Below, piece by piece: positions 47,614 to 57,312 of a DNA stretch of 64,000 nucleotides. The position numbers were made by a program, and so were the translations under genes. Below the pieces are notes generated by a model. That model was not told the DNA's origin, did no database searches, and saw nothing but the letters and a program-made list of their open reading frames with translations. Positions within the stretch are counted from its first letter, which is position 1, and each line of letters starts with the position of its first letter. Where the stretch lies: assembly GCA_963745025.1 (NCBI GenBank), contig CAVUWD010000005.1, forward strand, positions 96,001 through 160,000, read 5' to 3'. This stretch comes from an uncultured delta proteobacterium (GTDB lineage: Bacteria; Desulfobacterota; Binatia; JACPRU01).

Positions 47614-48361
47614 CTAGAACCCCTTCACCTTCGGCGCATGGTTGAAGAGGTGATAGGTACCGAAGAAGCCGATGAGCACGATCAGCGGCAGTAGGATCAG
47701 CGGAGCGCTGTCCGTCCATAAGTTGTGAGCGTTCAGCATCATGAACACCAACGGTACGGACATGTAGGTGTTGTGCTTCGACCGTGAGCCGGCTAGCGCC
47801 ACCAGCGGCGCCTCCGGCGCCTGACCGTTCTTGATCGCGGTGATGATCTTCTGCTGGTTCGGCCAGATGCGGAACCAGACGTTGAAGGCCATGGTGGTGC
47901 CGAACATCGTGCCGAGATGAATAGAGGTGGCACGGTAGTTGAACCCGCCGACGAAGTCACAGAGAAAGACGAACACTACGGCGACGATCACGCCCGCCCA
48001 AAACTGCATCTGCGCGTCGGTGATCACCGTAGTGAGGTAATCGTAGAGGAACACGGCCACGAAGGTGACGAGGATCATCACGATTGCGCCGGGACTCCAG
48101 ACCAGCAGAGCCCCGCCATGGTAGAACACCATCATCAGCAGGAGTACGCCCGTCACCCACGTGAACGCCGCGCCCCAGCGAAACCAGTAGAGCGCGCGGG
48201 GACGGAGCTCGGGAATGACCTTCTTCTTGGTCTCGGCGTCGAGCGTCGGTTCGAACTGAGAGTTGAACCCAGTTGAAGAAATAGAGGTGACCGATCCAGA
48301 TGATTCCGGCGACGACGTGAATCCAGCGGAAGAGCGATTCGAACAGGTTCATCACATACAT
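47614..48361 (-). CDS. PuuD/urate hydroxylase-family membrane protein (frameshift about 48260)
   Basis: RWIHVVAGIIWIGHLYFFN, ALYWFRWGAA.TW.TG, GTTMAFNVWFRIWPNQQK, SKHNTYMSVP. Confidence 0.8.
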
Positions 48362-48480
48362 GGCCAGCCCTCCTCTCGCGACAACCGGTTCGGTGAACCG
48401 CGGGTGCTTCTGCAAGTAATCGCATCGTTCCACCGGGTCAAGGCCCGTCTCCGCCTACTCTCCGGGCCGCTCCTTGTGCT

Positions 48481-49155
48481 ATGGGAAGGGACTTTCGGGG
48501 GCAATTGGTGCCGTTACCACGCAACATCCCGCTCTTCCCGCTGCCGAACGTCGTGCTCTTTCCGCAGGTGCTCCTGCCGCTGCACATCTTCGAGCCACGA
48601 TATCGTCTGATGGTGAAGGAGGTCGCGGAAGCGGATGAGCTGATCGGCATGATTCTTCTCCGCAGTGAAGAGGGCGGTGGCGGGTCGGGGCGGGACGTCT
48701 ACTCCGTCGGCTGCGCGGGGCGGGTGATTCGCAAGGTCGAGCTTGCCGACGGGCGCTCCAACATCCTCCTCCAGGGCGTCCGCGAGTTCGTGCCGCACGA
48801 GCAATACTTCGATCGTCCCTACCGCACGGCCGCGATCGATTGGCGCGCGGCCCCCGAGCGGGATTTTCGTCTCGACAGCGCCACCAGAACCTCCCTCCGG
48901 GAGTGCATTCGGCGCTTCGCGGGCAAGGAGCACGAAGGGGATTTGCGAATCCTCGCCGATCCCACACTGAGCGACGAGATGCTCGTCAACCTCTTCGCCT
49001 TCGCCCTCGATTTTCCGGTCGCCGAGAAGCAGAGCCTGCTGGAGATCGACAGCGGCGCCAAACGCGCCGCGAGGCTGATCGAGACTCTGGAATTTCACAC
49101 CCTCGAGCGCGAATTCTTCCCGGGCGCCGAAGTCGCGAAGCTGCGGGTACAGTGA
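48481..49155 (+). CDS. Lon N-terminal substrate-binding domain protein
   Basis: IPLFPLPNVVLFP, PLHIFEPRYRLMV, DGRSNILLQG, EKQSLLE. Confidence 0.9.
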   Translation: MGRDFRGQLVPLPRNIPLFPLPNVVLFPQVLLPLHIFEPRYRLMVKEVAEADELIGMILLRSEEGGGGSGRDVYSVGCAGRVIRKVELADGRSNILLQGVREFVPHEQYFDRPYRTAAIDWRAAPERDFRLDSATRTSLRECIRRFAGKEHEGDLRILADPTLSDEMLVNLFAFALDFPVAEKQSLLEIDSGAKRAARLIETLEFHTLEREFFPGAEVAKLRVQ

Positions 49156-49165
49156 AGAAGAGGAA

Positions 49166-49236
49166 GGCTACCGGCTGCCGGCAGGGGTTCCGCGGAGCCT
49201 TCCGCGGTAGTCGATAGCCGGTAGTCGGTAGTCGGT
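49166..49236. repeat. Heptamer palindromic element, copy 6
   Basis: ggctacc ggctgcc ggc ... ggtagtc gatagcc ggtagtc ggtagtc. Confidence 0.7.
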
Positions 49237-49252
49237 TTCCTCGGCCGAACGC

Positions 49253-49280
49253 TTGACGCATTTTCGACGGCCGATATAGT
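49253..49280 (+). promoter_or_regulatory. Candidate sigma70 promoter of the nuoI-like gene
   Basis: TTGACG-16 nt-TATAGT. Confidence 0.5.
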
Positions 49281-49318
49281 TCGCAGATGTCTCGATATCA
49301 TCGCGGGCGAGAGGATCG

Positions 49319-49885
49319 ATGAAGCGCCTCGAGCAAATGACGTTTTGGGAGAGGATCTACTTGCCGGAGATCTTCCGCGGGCTCGTCGTCACCGGATACC
49401 GGTTCTGGCGAAATCTTTTTCTCAACGTCGCGCACCAAGTCGGCTTGCTGAAGAACCGCCGCTCGATGGTGACCGTGCAATATCCAGAGGAACGCAAGCG
49501 CTACGGCGACCACTATCGCGGGAGCCATCGCCTGACGCTCAAGGAAGACGGGTCGGTGCGTTGCACTTCCTGCTTCCTCTGTGCGACCGCCTGTCCGGCG
49601 AATTGCATCTACATCGAAGCCGCGGAGAGCCCGGATCCGAAGGTCGAGAAGTATCCCGCCCGCTACGAGATCGACACACTGCGCTGCATCTACTGCGGCT
49701 ACTGCGTGGAGGCCTGCCCCTGCGATGCGATCCGCATGGACACCAACGTCCATCCGCGAATCTGGGGCTATTCGCGACTCGATTTCGTCGAGACCAAGGA
49801 AGTCCTGATGGAGCGCTCGCGGGTGATCGCACAACGTGGGCGGGACGCGCTGATGGAAGACATGCTGAAGAGCTATCGGTCGTGA
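49319..49885 (+). CDS. nuoI: NADH-quinone oxidoreductase subunit I-like 2x[4Fe-4S] protein
   Basis: TVQYPEE, YRGSHRL, CTSCFLCATACPANCI, RCIYCGYCVEACPCDAI. Confidence 0.88.
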   Translation: MKRLEQMTFWERIYLPEIFRGLVVTGYRFWRNLFLNVAHQVGLLKNRRSMVTVQYPEERKRYGDHYRGSHRLTLKEDGSVRCTSCFLCATACPANCIYIEAAESPDPKVEKYPARYEIDTLRCIYCGYCVEACPCDAIRMDTNVHPRIWGYSRLDFVETKEVLMERSRVIAQRGRDALMEDMLKSYRS

Positions 49886-49892
49886 AGAGGTT

Positions 49893-49966
49893 GCCGGCTG
49901 CCTGACGACCGGCTACCCAAAGGACGGCAGGAGTCATTCCGGTAGCCGGTAGCCGAAAGCCGGTAG
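49893..49966. repeat. Heptamer palindromic element, copy 7
   Basis: ggctgcc ... ggctacc ... ggtagcc ggtagcc gaaagcc ggtag. Confidence 0.65.
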
Positions 49967-49969
49967 AAG

Positions 49970-50191
49970 ATGCTCCTCTACTACCTCTTGCGATCCGGCC
50001 TCTGGCGCGCGCTCGATTGCGAAAAGCTCCGTTTTTTTCTGGGCTTCACGCCTCGCCTGTATCTATCGCGCAACCGCCCACTCTGGCGCGGCATTCCCTG
50101 GAGCGCGGCGCTATTTTCTCCGCGGCGCGCCCGTGAAATCTACGCCTGGCTTCAGTACCGCGTCGAGCTTTTCGACGGCAAAGCGGGCTGA
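49970..50191 (+). CDS. Small hypothetical protein (73 aa)
   Basis: Fills the gap between two hairpin elements; aromatic/Arg-rich, non-random composition; no recognised family. Confidence 0.35.
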   Translation: MLLYYLLRSGLWRALDCEKLRFFLGFTPRLYLSRNRPLWRGIPWSAALFSPRRAREIYAWLQYRVELFDGKAG

Positions 50192-50197
50192 AAAGAG

Positions 50198-50260
50198 CGG
50201 CTACCGACTACCGGCTGCCGCAAAGGCTCCTGGGGTCTCTTGCGGCAGCCGGTAGCCGGG
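50198..50260. repeat. Heptamer palindromic element, copy 8
   Basis: ggctacc gactacc ggctgcc gcaaag ... cttgc ggcagcc ggtagcc. Confidence 0.75.
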
Positions 50261-50323
50261 CGCCGTCCTTTCGGTTGATTCAACGGTCCTGGGGCGTAGA
50301 ATACGTCTTTCGAGGAGAGCTCG

Positions 50324-51563
50324 ATGACAAGACCTACAAGGAGATCATGGCGGAGGCGCGCAAGGCCGTGCCTGAGTTATCGCCGGCCGAGGTCAAGCAA
50401 AGGCTCGACCGCGGAGAGAAGCACGTGCTTCTCGACGTGCGCGAGAAGGAAGAATATCGCGACGGCCATCTCGAGGGCGCGCTCTCGCTTCCCCGCGGCT
50501 TTCTCGAGATGCGCGTCGAGGAGTCGGTTCCGGACACTCGACGCCGATCATCGCCTACTGCGCCGGGGGCACTCGATCGCTGCTCGCGGGCCGCATCCTG
50601 CGGGAAATGGGCTACGACGAACGTGATCTCGATGTCGGGAGGCTTCACGGGCTGGAAGAACGCCGGGTCTACCCTTCGCGACCGACCGCCAGTTCACGCC
50701 AGGAGCAGGCGACACGCTACAGCCGCCACTTCCTGCTTCCCGAGGTCGGCGAGAAGGGGCAGGCGAAGCTTCTCGACGCGAAGGTGCTCTGCATCGGCGC
50801 CGGCGGGCTCGGCTCGCCGGCGGCGTTCTACCTGGCCGCTGCCGGCGTCGGCACGATCGGCATCGTCGACACGGACGTGGTCGACCTCTCGAACCTGCAG
50901 CGCCAGATCCTGCACACCAACGACCGCGTCGGCATGCCCAAGGTCGAGTCCGCGCGAGGTGACGCTCCAGGCGCTCAATCCCGACGTCAAGGTGGTCGAG
51001 TTCAGCGAGCGGCTGTCGTCGGAGAACGTGCGGCGCATCTTCGAGCGGCTTCGACATCATCGTGAACGGCTGCGACAACTTCCCGACGCGCTATCTCGTC
51101 AACGACGCCTGCGTATTCTGAAGAAGCCGCTCGTCGACGGCGCGATCTTCCAGTTCGAGGGACAGGCGACGTGTCTTCTATCCGGCGAAGGGCCCCTGCT
51201 ACCGCTGCCTCTTCCCGGAGCCGCCGCCTCCGGGCGCGGCGCCGTCGTGCGCCGAAGCGGGCGTGCTCGGCGTGCTGCCCGGGTCTGATCGGCTGCGTGC
51301 AGGCGCTCGAGACGATCAAGCTGATCCTCGGCGCCGGCAAGCCGCTCATCGGTCGCATGATGCACTTCGACACGCTGTCGATGGACGTGCGGGTATTGAA
51401 GCTCCGCCGTGACCCGAACTGCGTGGTCTGCGGCGATCATCCGACGGTGACCGAGCTCATCGACTACGAGGGCTTCTGCAGCGGTGTGCCGTCGGCGAAC
51501 GGAGGCGGCAACGGCTCCGGGGAAGCGGTGCACGTCGGCGGGAGCGAAGCGACGCATGCCTGA
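50324..51563 (+). CDS. moeB: Rhodanese-MoeB/ThiF adenylyltransferase (MoeZ-like), multiple frameshifts
   Basis: [60 protein letters not shown]. Confidence 0.85.
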
Positions 51564-51681
51564 CCGCTCACGAGGGGACGGAAACTTCATTCCGTCCCCT
51601 CTTTGCTTCTGGCAATCCGTCCGCCGAGTTTGATAGAGGGTGCCGTTGGCGGGCGTCGCGCCGCCGTCGAGGAGAGCCGAC

Positions 51682-52161
51682 ATGAGACAGATCGTCGTCC
51701 ACCAGGAAAAGTGCACGGCCTGCCGCGAATGCGAGATGGCCTGCTCGTTCGAGCACGAGCAAGCGTTTAATCCGGCGCTGTCGCGGATCCGCGTCCAGGA
51801 TTTCTACGACGAGCAGTTCTACCTGCCGATGGTCTGCGTGCACTGCGCCGATGCGCCGTGCGCCACGGTCTGCCCGACAGTGGCGATCACGCGTGAATCG
51901 AGCGGGCAGGTCAAGGTTCACGAAGACCGCTGCATCGGCTGCAAAATGTGCCTGCTGGCCTGTCCGTTCGGGGTGATGGGCTTCACGCCCAGCACGGGCG
52001 TAGCGCACAACTGCGACTTCTGTGACGGTGACCCGCAGTGCGTGAAGTTCTGCGTGCCGCAGGCGCTCACCTACGAAGAGGTCGAGACCAACGCGACGGC
52101 GCGGCAGAAGTTCGCCGCGGCGATCGCCCACGGCGCCATGTTGGGAGCATCCGGGCAGTAA
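51682..52161 (+). CDS. 4Fe-4S dicluster protein (HydN/CooF/AorA-like)
   Basis: CTACRECEMAC, CVHCADAPCATVCP, CIGCKMCLLACP, CDFC...PQC..FC. Confidence 0.92.
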   Translation: MRQIVVHQEKCTACRECEMACSFEHEQAFNPALSRIRVQDFYDEQFYLPMVCVHCADAPCATVCPTVAITRESSGQVKVHEDRCIGCKMCLLACPFGVMGFTPSTGVAHNCDFCDGDPQCVKFCVPQALTYEEVETNATARQKFAAAIAHGAMLGASGQ

Positions 52162-52178
52162 GACGCCGGGGAGGTACC

Positions 52179-53460
52179 ATGCGGGGCAAGTATGTCCTGA
52201 TCGGTAACAGCGCCGCGTCGCTCGCCGCGATCGACTGGATCCGCAAGCATGACCGCGACGGTTCGATCCTCGTGCTCAACCGCGAGAAAGGCGTGGCCTA
52301 CTCGCGCGTTGCGCTCCCGTACTACGTGTCGGGTCAGCGCACGCTCGAGAGCCTGATGATCCGCCAGAAGCCCGACTACGACCGTCTCGGTGTCACGCTC
52401 GTCGAAGAGGCCAACGTCGCTGCGATCGATCCCGGGGCGCACCGGGTCGAGCTATCCGACGGTCGAACGGTCGGATACGAGAAGCTGTTGATCGGCACCG
52501 GATCGGAAACGATCGCGCCGCCGATTGCGGGCTTGAAGGACGTCCCGCATCACTACCTCTGGACGCTCGACGATGCGATCGGCCTCAAGAAGGCAACCGA
52601 GAAAGCCAAGCGGGCCCTGGTGATCGGCGGCGGCTTCATCGGCATGCTCGCCGCCGAGGCGCTCCGCAAGCTCAAGATGAAGCTGGTGATCGTAGAAATG
52701 GCCGACCAGCTGATGCCCCAGCTCCTCGACGCGGAAGGAGGTAGGATCTTCGCCCGTGCGGTCACGGGTTCCGGCGTCGATCTTCGGCTCAGCAGTCAGG
52801 CGGATTCCGTCGCGAAGAAGGGTGCGGCCATCTCCGTCAGGTTGAAGAACGGCTCCGAGATCGAGACTGACGTCCTCGTCGTGGCCGCCGGCGTGCGGCC
52901 GAACCTTGAGTGCTTGAAGAATGGTGCGGTCAAGACCAACAAGGGTATCGTGGTCGACGCGGCGTTGCAGACGACCGCGGCCGACGTCTACGCGGCGGGC
53001 GATGTCGCCGAGGTTCGAGACTTCGTGAGCGGCGAGCCGGCCGTCCACGCGATCTGGCCGACGGCCGTCGACGAGGGGCGCGTGGCGGGAGCGAGCATGG
53101 CCGGCCGCGTCGTCGCCTATCCGGGAAGCCTCGGCATGAACGTGGTCGCGCTGTTCGACGTCACGCTCGCCGAGCTCGGCCGCTTCCGCGAGGCGCCGGG
53201 CGACTCGATCGAGATCTCCGGCTCGAGCCAGAGCTCGCACTACCGCAAGGTAGTGCTCGACTCCGGAGGCGTCCTGGTGGGGGCCATGTTCCTCGGCGAC
53301 GAAAACGGCGTGGCCGAGATGGGTGTGATCCACCACGCGATCAAGCGTCGCGAGCCCTGGAAGCAGTTCGTCGCGCAGGGCCTGCGTCCGACGGCCTCCT
53401 ACGCCGCGATGTTCGCTCGAGTGCTCGCCGGCGCTGCCGAAGATGGCGAAGCCGGCATGA
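52179..53460 (+). CDS. FAD/NAD(P)-dependent oxidoreductase (AorC/NirB-like)
   Basis: IGNSAAS, YEKLLIGTGS, VIGGGFIG, VYAAGDVA. Likely true end ...PALPKMAKPA* with ATGA overlap at 53457 after an indel near 53415. Confidence 0.85.
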
Positions 53461-53696
53461 CGGTTCGCGTGACGCTGCACGCGATCCTGCGCAAGTTCTT
53501 ACCGCCCAACTCCGTCGACCACACCGCGGTGCTCGAGCTGCCCGACGGCGCCACGGTCGCCGACGCGATCACGCGGCTCGGGATTCCGCCCAAGCACGCG
53601 AGCATGCTGTTGTCGGGCGACGACTATCTGAAGCTCGAGACGCCGCTCCGCGACGGCCAGCAGGTGAACGTGTTTCCCCCGCTCGCTGGAGGATAG
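53457..53696 (+). CDS. MoaD/ThiS-family sulfur carrier
   Basis: V.V.L...LR..LP, GATVAD..LGIP, C-terminal FPPLAGG. Confidence 0.85.
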   Translation: MTVRVTLHAILRKFLPPNSVDHTAVLELPDGATVADAITRLGIPPKHASMLLSGDDYLKLETPLRDGQQVNVFPPLAGG

Positions 53697-53709
53697 CAGA
53701 CCTCGGACC

Positions 53710-54321
53710 TCAGCAAGAGACTCCAGGCGTCTTGCTGAAGCCTGAAGCCGGCTTGGTGAGCGTCGCGTAGTAGAGAGCGCGGCCCTCGGCGCGGTACTTG
53801 TGCTCGAAGTTCGTGAGCGGCCGCCCGAGCGGTGTCGGCTCGCTCCCTCTCACGATCGTGAAGGGCGCGCGGGAGAGCTCTTCGATCATCGCCGCGAAAC
53901 GCTCGCGGACGTCGGTCGCGAGATGAAGCACGCAGCCCGGTGCAAGCGTGCGCCAAAGCTCGCCGGCGAAGTCGCTCTGCACGAGCCGCCGCTTGTGATG
54001 GCGGCGCTTCCACCACGGGTCCGGAAAATAAAGATGGTATGCGTGGATGCTGCCGTCGCTCACGAATCGCGCAACCACGACGGCGGCGTCGGCGCAGAGC
54101 ACACGTACGTTCGATTGCGGGGCGCGCGCCAGGCGCTCGCCGATCCATCGCGCCCAGCGCGGCTGGTTCTCGATCGCGAGCAAGTTCGTTTCGGGATGCT
54201 GCCGCGCGTACGCGAGCAGGAACGCGCCTTTCCCAGAGCCGATCTCGATCTCGACGGGACGAGCATTGCCGAAGATCTCGCTCCAATTCACTTGCGGCTG
54301 CGGCGCGAAGATCACCAGCAC
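53710..54321 (-). CDS. trmB: tRNA (guanine-N7)-methyltransferase
   Basis: EIGSGKG, FPDPWWKRRHHKRRL, LATD, TNFEHKY. Confidence 0.92.
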   Translation of the reverse strand: MLVIFAPQPQVNWSEIFGNARPVEIEIGSGKGAFLLAYARQHPETNLLAIENQPRWARWIGERLARAPQSNVRVLCADAAVVVARFVSDGSIHAYHLYFPDPWWKRRHHKRRLVQSDFAGELWRTLAPGCVLHLATDVRERFAAMIEELSRAPFTIVRGSEPTPLGRPLTNFEHKYRAEGRALYYATLTKPASGFSKTPGVSC

Positions 54322-54548
54322 GGCTTGCTATCACGCGAGCGAAAAAAATTCTTGCAATCGATTTCGAGCTGCGCTACGACGCCGCGCTCGAGCGTCAACT
54401 CGTCTCTCCGAGATACGCAGAAATGCCGGTGGCACGAATTCAACCACGGCCCCGAAAAAAAGGGGGCCGAGGGGGAATTCCCGTCCGACCTGTGGACGTC
54501 GCTGTGGACGTTGCCTGCAACCGGGGAGAAACGCTGGGCGCGGATCCG

Positions 54549-54568
54549 TTATCCCCACGTGTGGATAA
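54549..54568. promoter_or_regulatory. Pair of DnaA boxes upstream of dnaA
   Basis: TTATCCCCA (1 mismatch) and perfect TGTGGATAA; weaker TGTGGACGT at 54491 and 54503. Confidence 0.75.
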
Positions 54569-54594
54569 TCGGATTCGCTCAGGAGGGGGGAGCG

Positions 54595-55893
54595 GTGCCG
54601 CAAGTGCTTTGGCAGCAGACCCTGAGCCAGTTGAAGGGGCGATTGTCGGCGACGGAGCTCGGGTGTTGGGTGCAAGCCATTCACCCCGTGGAAATCCGCG
54701 AGCGTCGGCTCTACGGCGAAGTGCCGAGCGTGATGCACCTCGAGCAGATCCGCAATCGTCTTCAGGGGGAGATTGCCGGGGTACTGGGGGAGCTGCTCGG
54801 GTCCGGCGCGGAGCTCGTGCTCTCCGTCAACCGCCTGCGGGTGCCGCCCGTCGTGGACCTGGACCCGAGGCCTGCGGAAGCCGGGCCGGCGAGTCGCTAC
54901 GGATTCGAGAGCTTCGTCATCGGGGAGAGCAATTCGCTTGCCCATGCGAGCGCGCGGGAAGTCGCCAATCACCCCGGCGTTACCTACAACCCGCTCTTTC
55001 TCTACGGCGGCGTCGGGCTCGGCAAGACACATCTCGCCACCGCGATTGCTCGATCCCTCGCGAAGCGCCCGCGACTTCGGATCGCGATGCTCTCCGCGGA
55101 AGCCTTCGCGAACGACTTGATTCGAGCCCTTCTCACGGGAGCCATCGACGCGTTCCGCGCGCGCGTTCGGCAGCTCGACGTGCTGATCGTCGACGACATC
55201 CAATTTCTTGCGGGCAAGGAGCGCATGCAGGAAGAATTCTTCCACACCTTCAACGCGCTGCATGCGGCGGGGAAACAGATCGTCCTCGTCAGCGATCAGG
55301 CGCCGCGGTCGATCTCGAATCTCGAAGAGCGGCTGCAGAGCCGCTTCGAATCCGGTCTCACGACGGAAATTCGCATTCCCGAAGCACCGCTTCGCCTCGC
55401 CATCCTCGCCTCCAAGGCGAAGGGGCTGGGCTTCGATCTGTCGCTCGAGGTGGCGCAGTGGGTAGCGAGCAAGGTCGTATCGAGCGTGCGTGAGCTCGAG
55501 GGAGCGCTCCACCGGTTGGTCGCGGCTTGTCGCTGCAGCCGTCGGTCGCTTGATGTCGGCTTCGCCAAAGAGGTCCTGCGCCCGATCCTGCGGACCCCTC
55601 CGGCCCGCACGGTCGAACAAGTGCAGCGGATCGTCGCCGAGCGCTTTCAGCTGAGAGCCGAGGACCTCGTTCGTCGCGGGCGCACGACCCGTATCCGCCT
55701 CCCCCGGCAGGTGGCGATGTATCTCGCACGCAAGGGAACCAAGGCGACCTATGAGGAGATTGCTGCGGGGTTCGGCGGGCGGGACCACTCGACGATCATG
55801 CATGCCGTCAAGTGCGTCGAAGCGCGCCGCCACCAAGAGCCGGAATTCGCCGTTCTCGTGGATCAGCTCGCCGAGAAGCTGGCGTCGGCGTGA
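54595..55893 (+). CDS. dnaA: Chromosomal replication initiator DnaA homolog (possibly a second paralog)
   Basis: FESFVIGESN, YNPLFLYGGVGLGKTH, DDIQF, QEEFFHTFN, RLQSRF, VRELEG, RQVAMYL, GGRDHST; RBS AGGAGG. Confidence 0.92.
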   Translation: MPQVLWQQTLSQLKGRLSATELGCWVQAIHPVEIRERRLYGEVPSVMHLEQIRNRLQGEIAGVLGELLGSGAELVLSVNRLRVPPVVDLDPRPAEAGPASRYGFESFVIGESNSLAHASAREVANHPGVTYNPLFLYGGVGLGKTHLATAIARSLAKRPRLRIAMLSAEAFANDLIRALLTGAIDAFRARVRQLDVLIVDDIQFLAGKERMQEEFFHTFNALHAAGKQIVLVSDQAPRSISNLEERLQSRFESGLTTEIRIPEAPLRLAILASKAKGLGFDLSLEVAQWVASKVVSSVRELEGALHRLVAACRCSRRSLDVGFAKEVLRPILRTPPARTVEQVQRIVAERFQLRAEDLVRRGRTTRIRLPRQVAMYLARKGTKATYEEIAAGFGGRDHSTIMHAVKCVEARRHQEPEFAVLVDQLAEKLASA

Positions 55894-55898
55894 GAAGA

Positions 55899-55968
55899 CG
55901 GCTGCCGGCTTCCGGCTCCCGCAGAGGCACGGGGCGTCTTAGTCGGTAGCTGGCAGCCGGTAGCCGGT
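55899..55968. repeat. Heptamer palindromic element, copy 9 (between convergent genes)
   Basis: ggctgcc ggcttcc ggctccc ... ggtagct ggcagcc ggtagcc. Confidence 0.7.
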
Positions 55969-55975
55969 TGCTCTC

Positions 55976-57143
55976 TCAGATCTTATTCCGCTCGATCAGC
56001 TGCCGCGCGATGACCGTCCGCTGGATCTCGTTGGTGCCCTCGCCGATGATCATGAGCGGCGCATCGCGGTAGTAGCGCTCGACGCGGAACTCCTTCGATG
56101 TAGCCGTAGCCGCCGAGGATGCGCATCGCCTCGAGGCTGACCTCCTGGCAGGTCTCCGAGGCGAAGAGCTTGGCCATCCCGGCCTCGAGATCGCAGCGCT
56201 CGCCGCGGTCCTTCATGGCCGCCGCCTGGCGTAGGTCAGCAGGCGCGCGGCCTCGATCTTGGTCGCCATGTCGGCGAGCTTCAGCTGGATCGCCTGGTGC
56301 TCGCAGATCGGCTTGCCGAAGGTCTCGCGCTGCTGGCTGTAGCGGATCGCGTCCTCGAACGCCGCGCGCGCCACGCCGACGGCGCGAGCCGCGATGTTGA
56401 TGCGTCCGACCTCGAGCCCGGCGAGCACCTGCTTGAAGCCCTGGCCCTCTGACGCCGCCGATCAGGTTCGTCGGCCGGCACGCGGAAGTCCTCGAAGATC
56501 GACCTCGCAGGTCTCGATGCCCTTGTAGCCGAGCTTGTCGAGGTCGCGCGCCGACGGTGACGCCCGGGCCCTTCTCGGCGAGCGAGCAGGCTGATGCCCT
56601 TGTGCGGCGGGTCGGCTGTCGGGATCGGTCTTACCACGAGCGGTAGAACAGCGTGGCGGTGCGCGGCGTTGGTGATGAACATCTTCGAGCCGTTCACCAC
56701 GTAGTGGTCGCCCTCGCGGACTGCCGTGGTGCGGATGCGCTGCATGTCGCTGCCGGCGTGCGGCTCGGTCAGGCAGAGCGCCGCCGCGGTGCTCGCCGCG
56801 CGCCATCGCCGGGAGATAGCGCTTCTTCTGCTGCGTCGGTGCCGAAGGTCGTTGAGGACGAAGGCGAACATCAGGTGCGTGTTCAGGACGCCCGAGAGGC
56901 TCATCCAGCCGCGGCAGAGCTCCTCGACGATCATCGCGTAGGTCGTGTAGTCGAGGCCGAGGCCGCCGTACTCGGCCGGGATCGTCGCGCCGAAGAGGCC
57001 GAGCTCCTTCATGCGCTCGACGAGCGGCGTCGGATAGTCGTCGGCGTGCTCGAACGCGACTCGCGATCGGCATCACCTCGCGCTCGACGAAGCGGCGTAC
57101 CGTCTCGAGAATCTGCTCCTGTTCGGGCGTGCGGGAAAGTACG
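55976..57143 (-). CDS. Acyl-CoA dehydrogenase, many frameshifts
   Basis: [66 protein letters not shown]. Start approximate. Confidence 0.85.
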
Positions 57144-57240
57144 GCGCGGCCTCCTACGGCGGATGGAGTAGTTTCTCACGTTGGCTCAGGCCGGGCAATA
57201 CGCGCGGCGGGCAGGAGTACCTGCGCAGAAAATTCCTTTT

Positions 57241-57272
57241 TTTGTCACGCAGAAAGTTTGTCACGCAGAAAG
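57241..57272. repeat. Tandem 16-bp direct repeat in a divergent promoter region
   Basis: TTTGTCACGCAGAAAG x2, with partial CGCAGAAA at about 57224. Confidence 0.7.
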
Positions 57273-57312
57273 TTTTGACGGCGTGCCGCCCCTCGCGCTA
57301 GGATACCGCGCG

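Noticed and set aside
52179-53696. Apparent FAD oxidoreductase-MoaD fusion (552-aa ORF)
   Set aside because: From about 53417 the alternative frame reads LECSPALPKMAKPA* with almost all G/C third positions and ends in an ATGA overlap with the MoaD start, while the fused frame has poor codon usage. One indel error explains it.
21877-55968. Heptamer repeats as a CRISPR array
   Set aside because: Dispersed, degenerate and inverted; no regular repeat-spacer periodicity and no cas genes.
50324-57143. Programmed frameshifting or phase variation in moeB and ACAD
   Set aside because: Indels are numerous, irregular and not at slippery heptamers or long repeats; error is more parsimonious.
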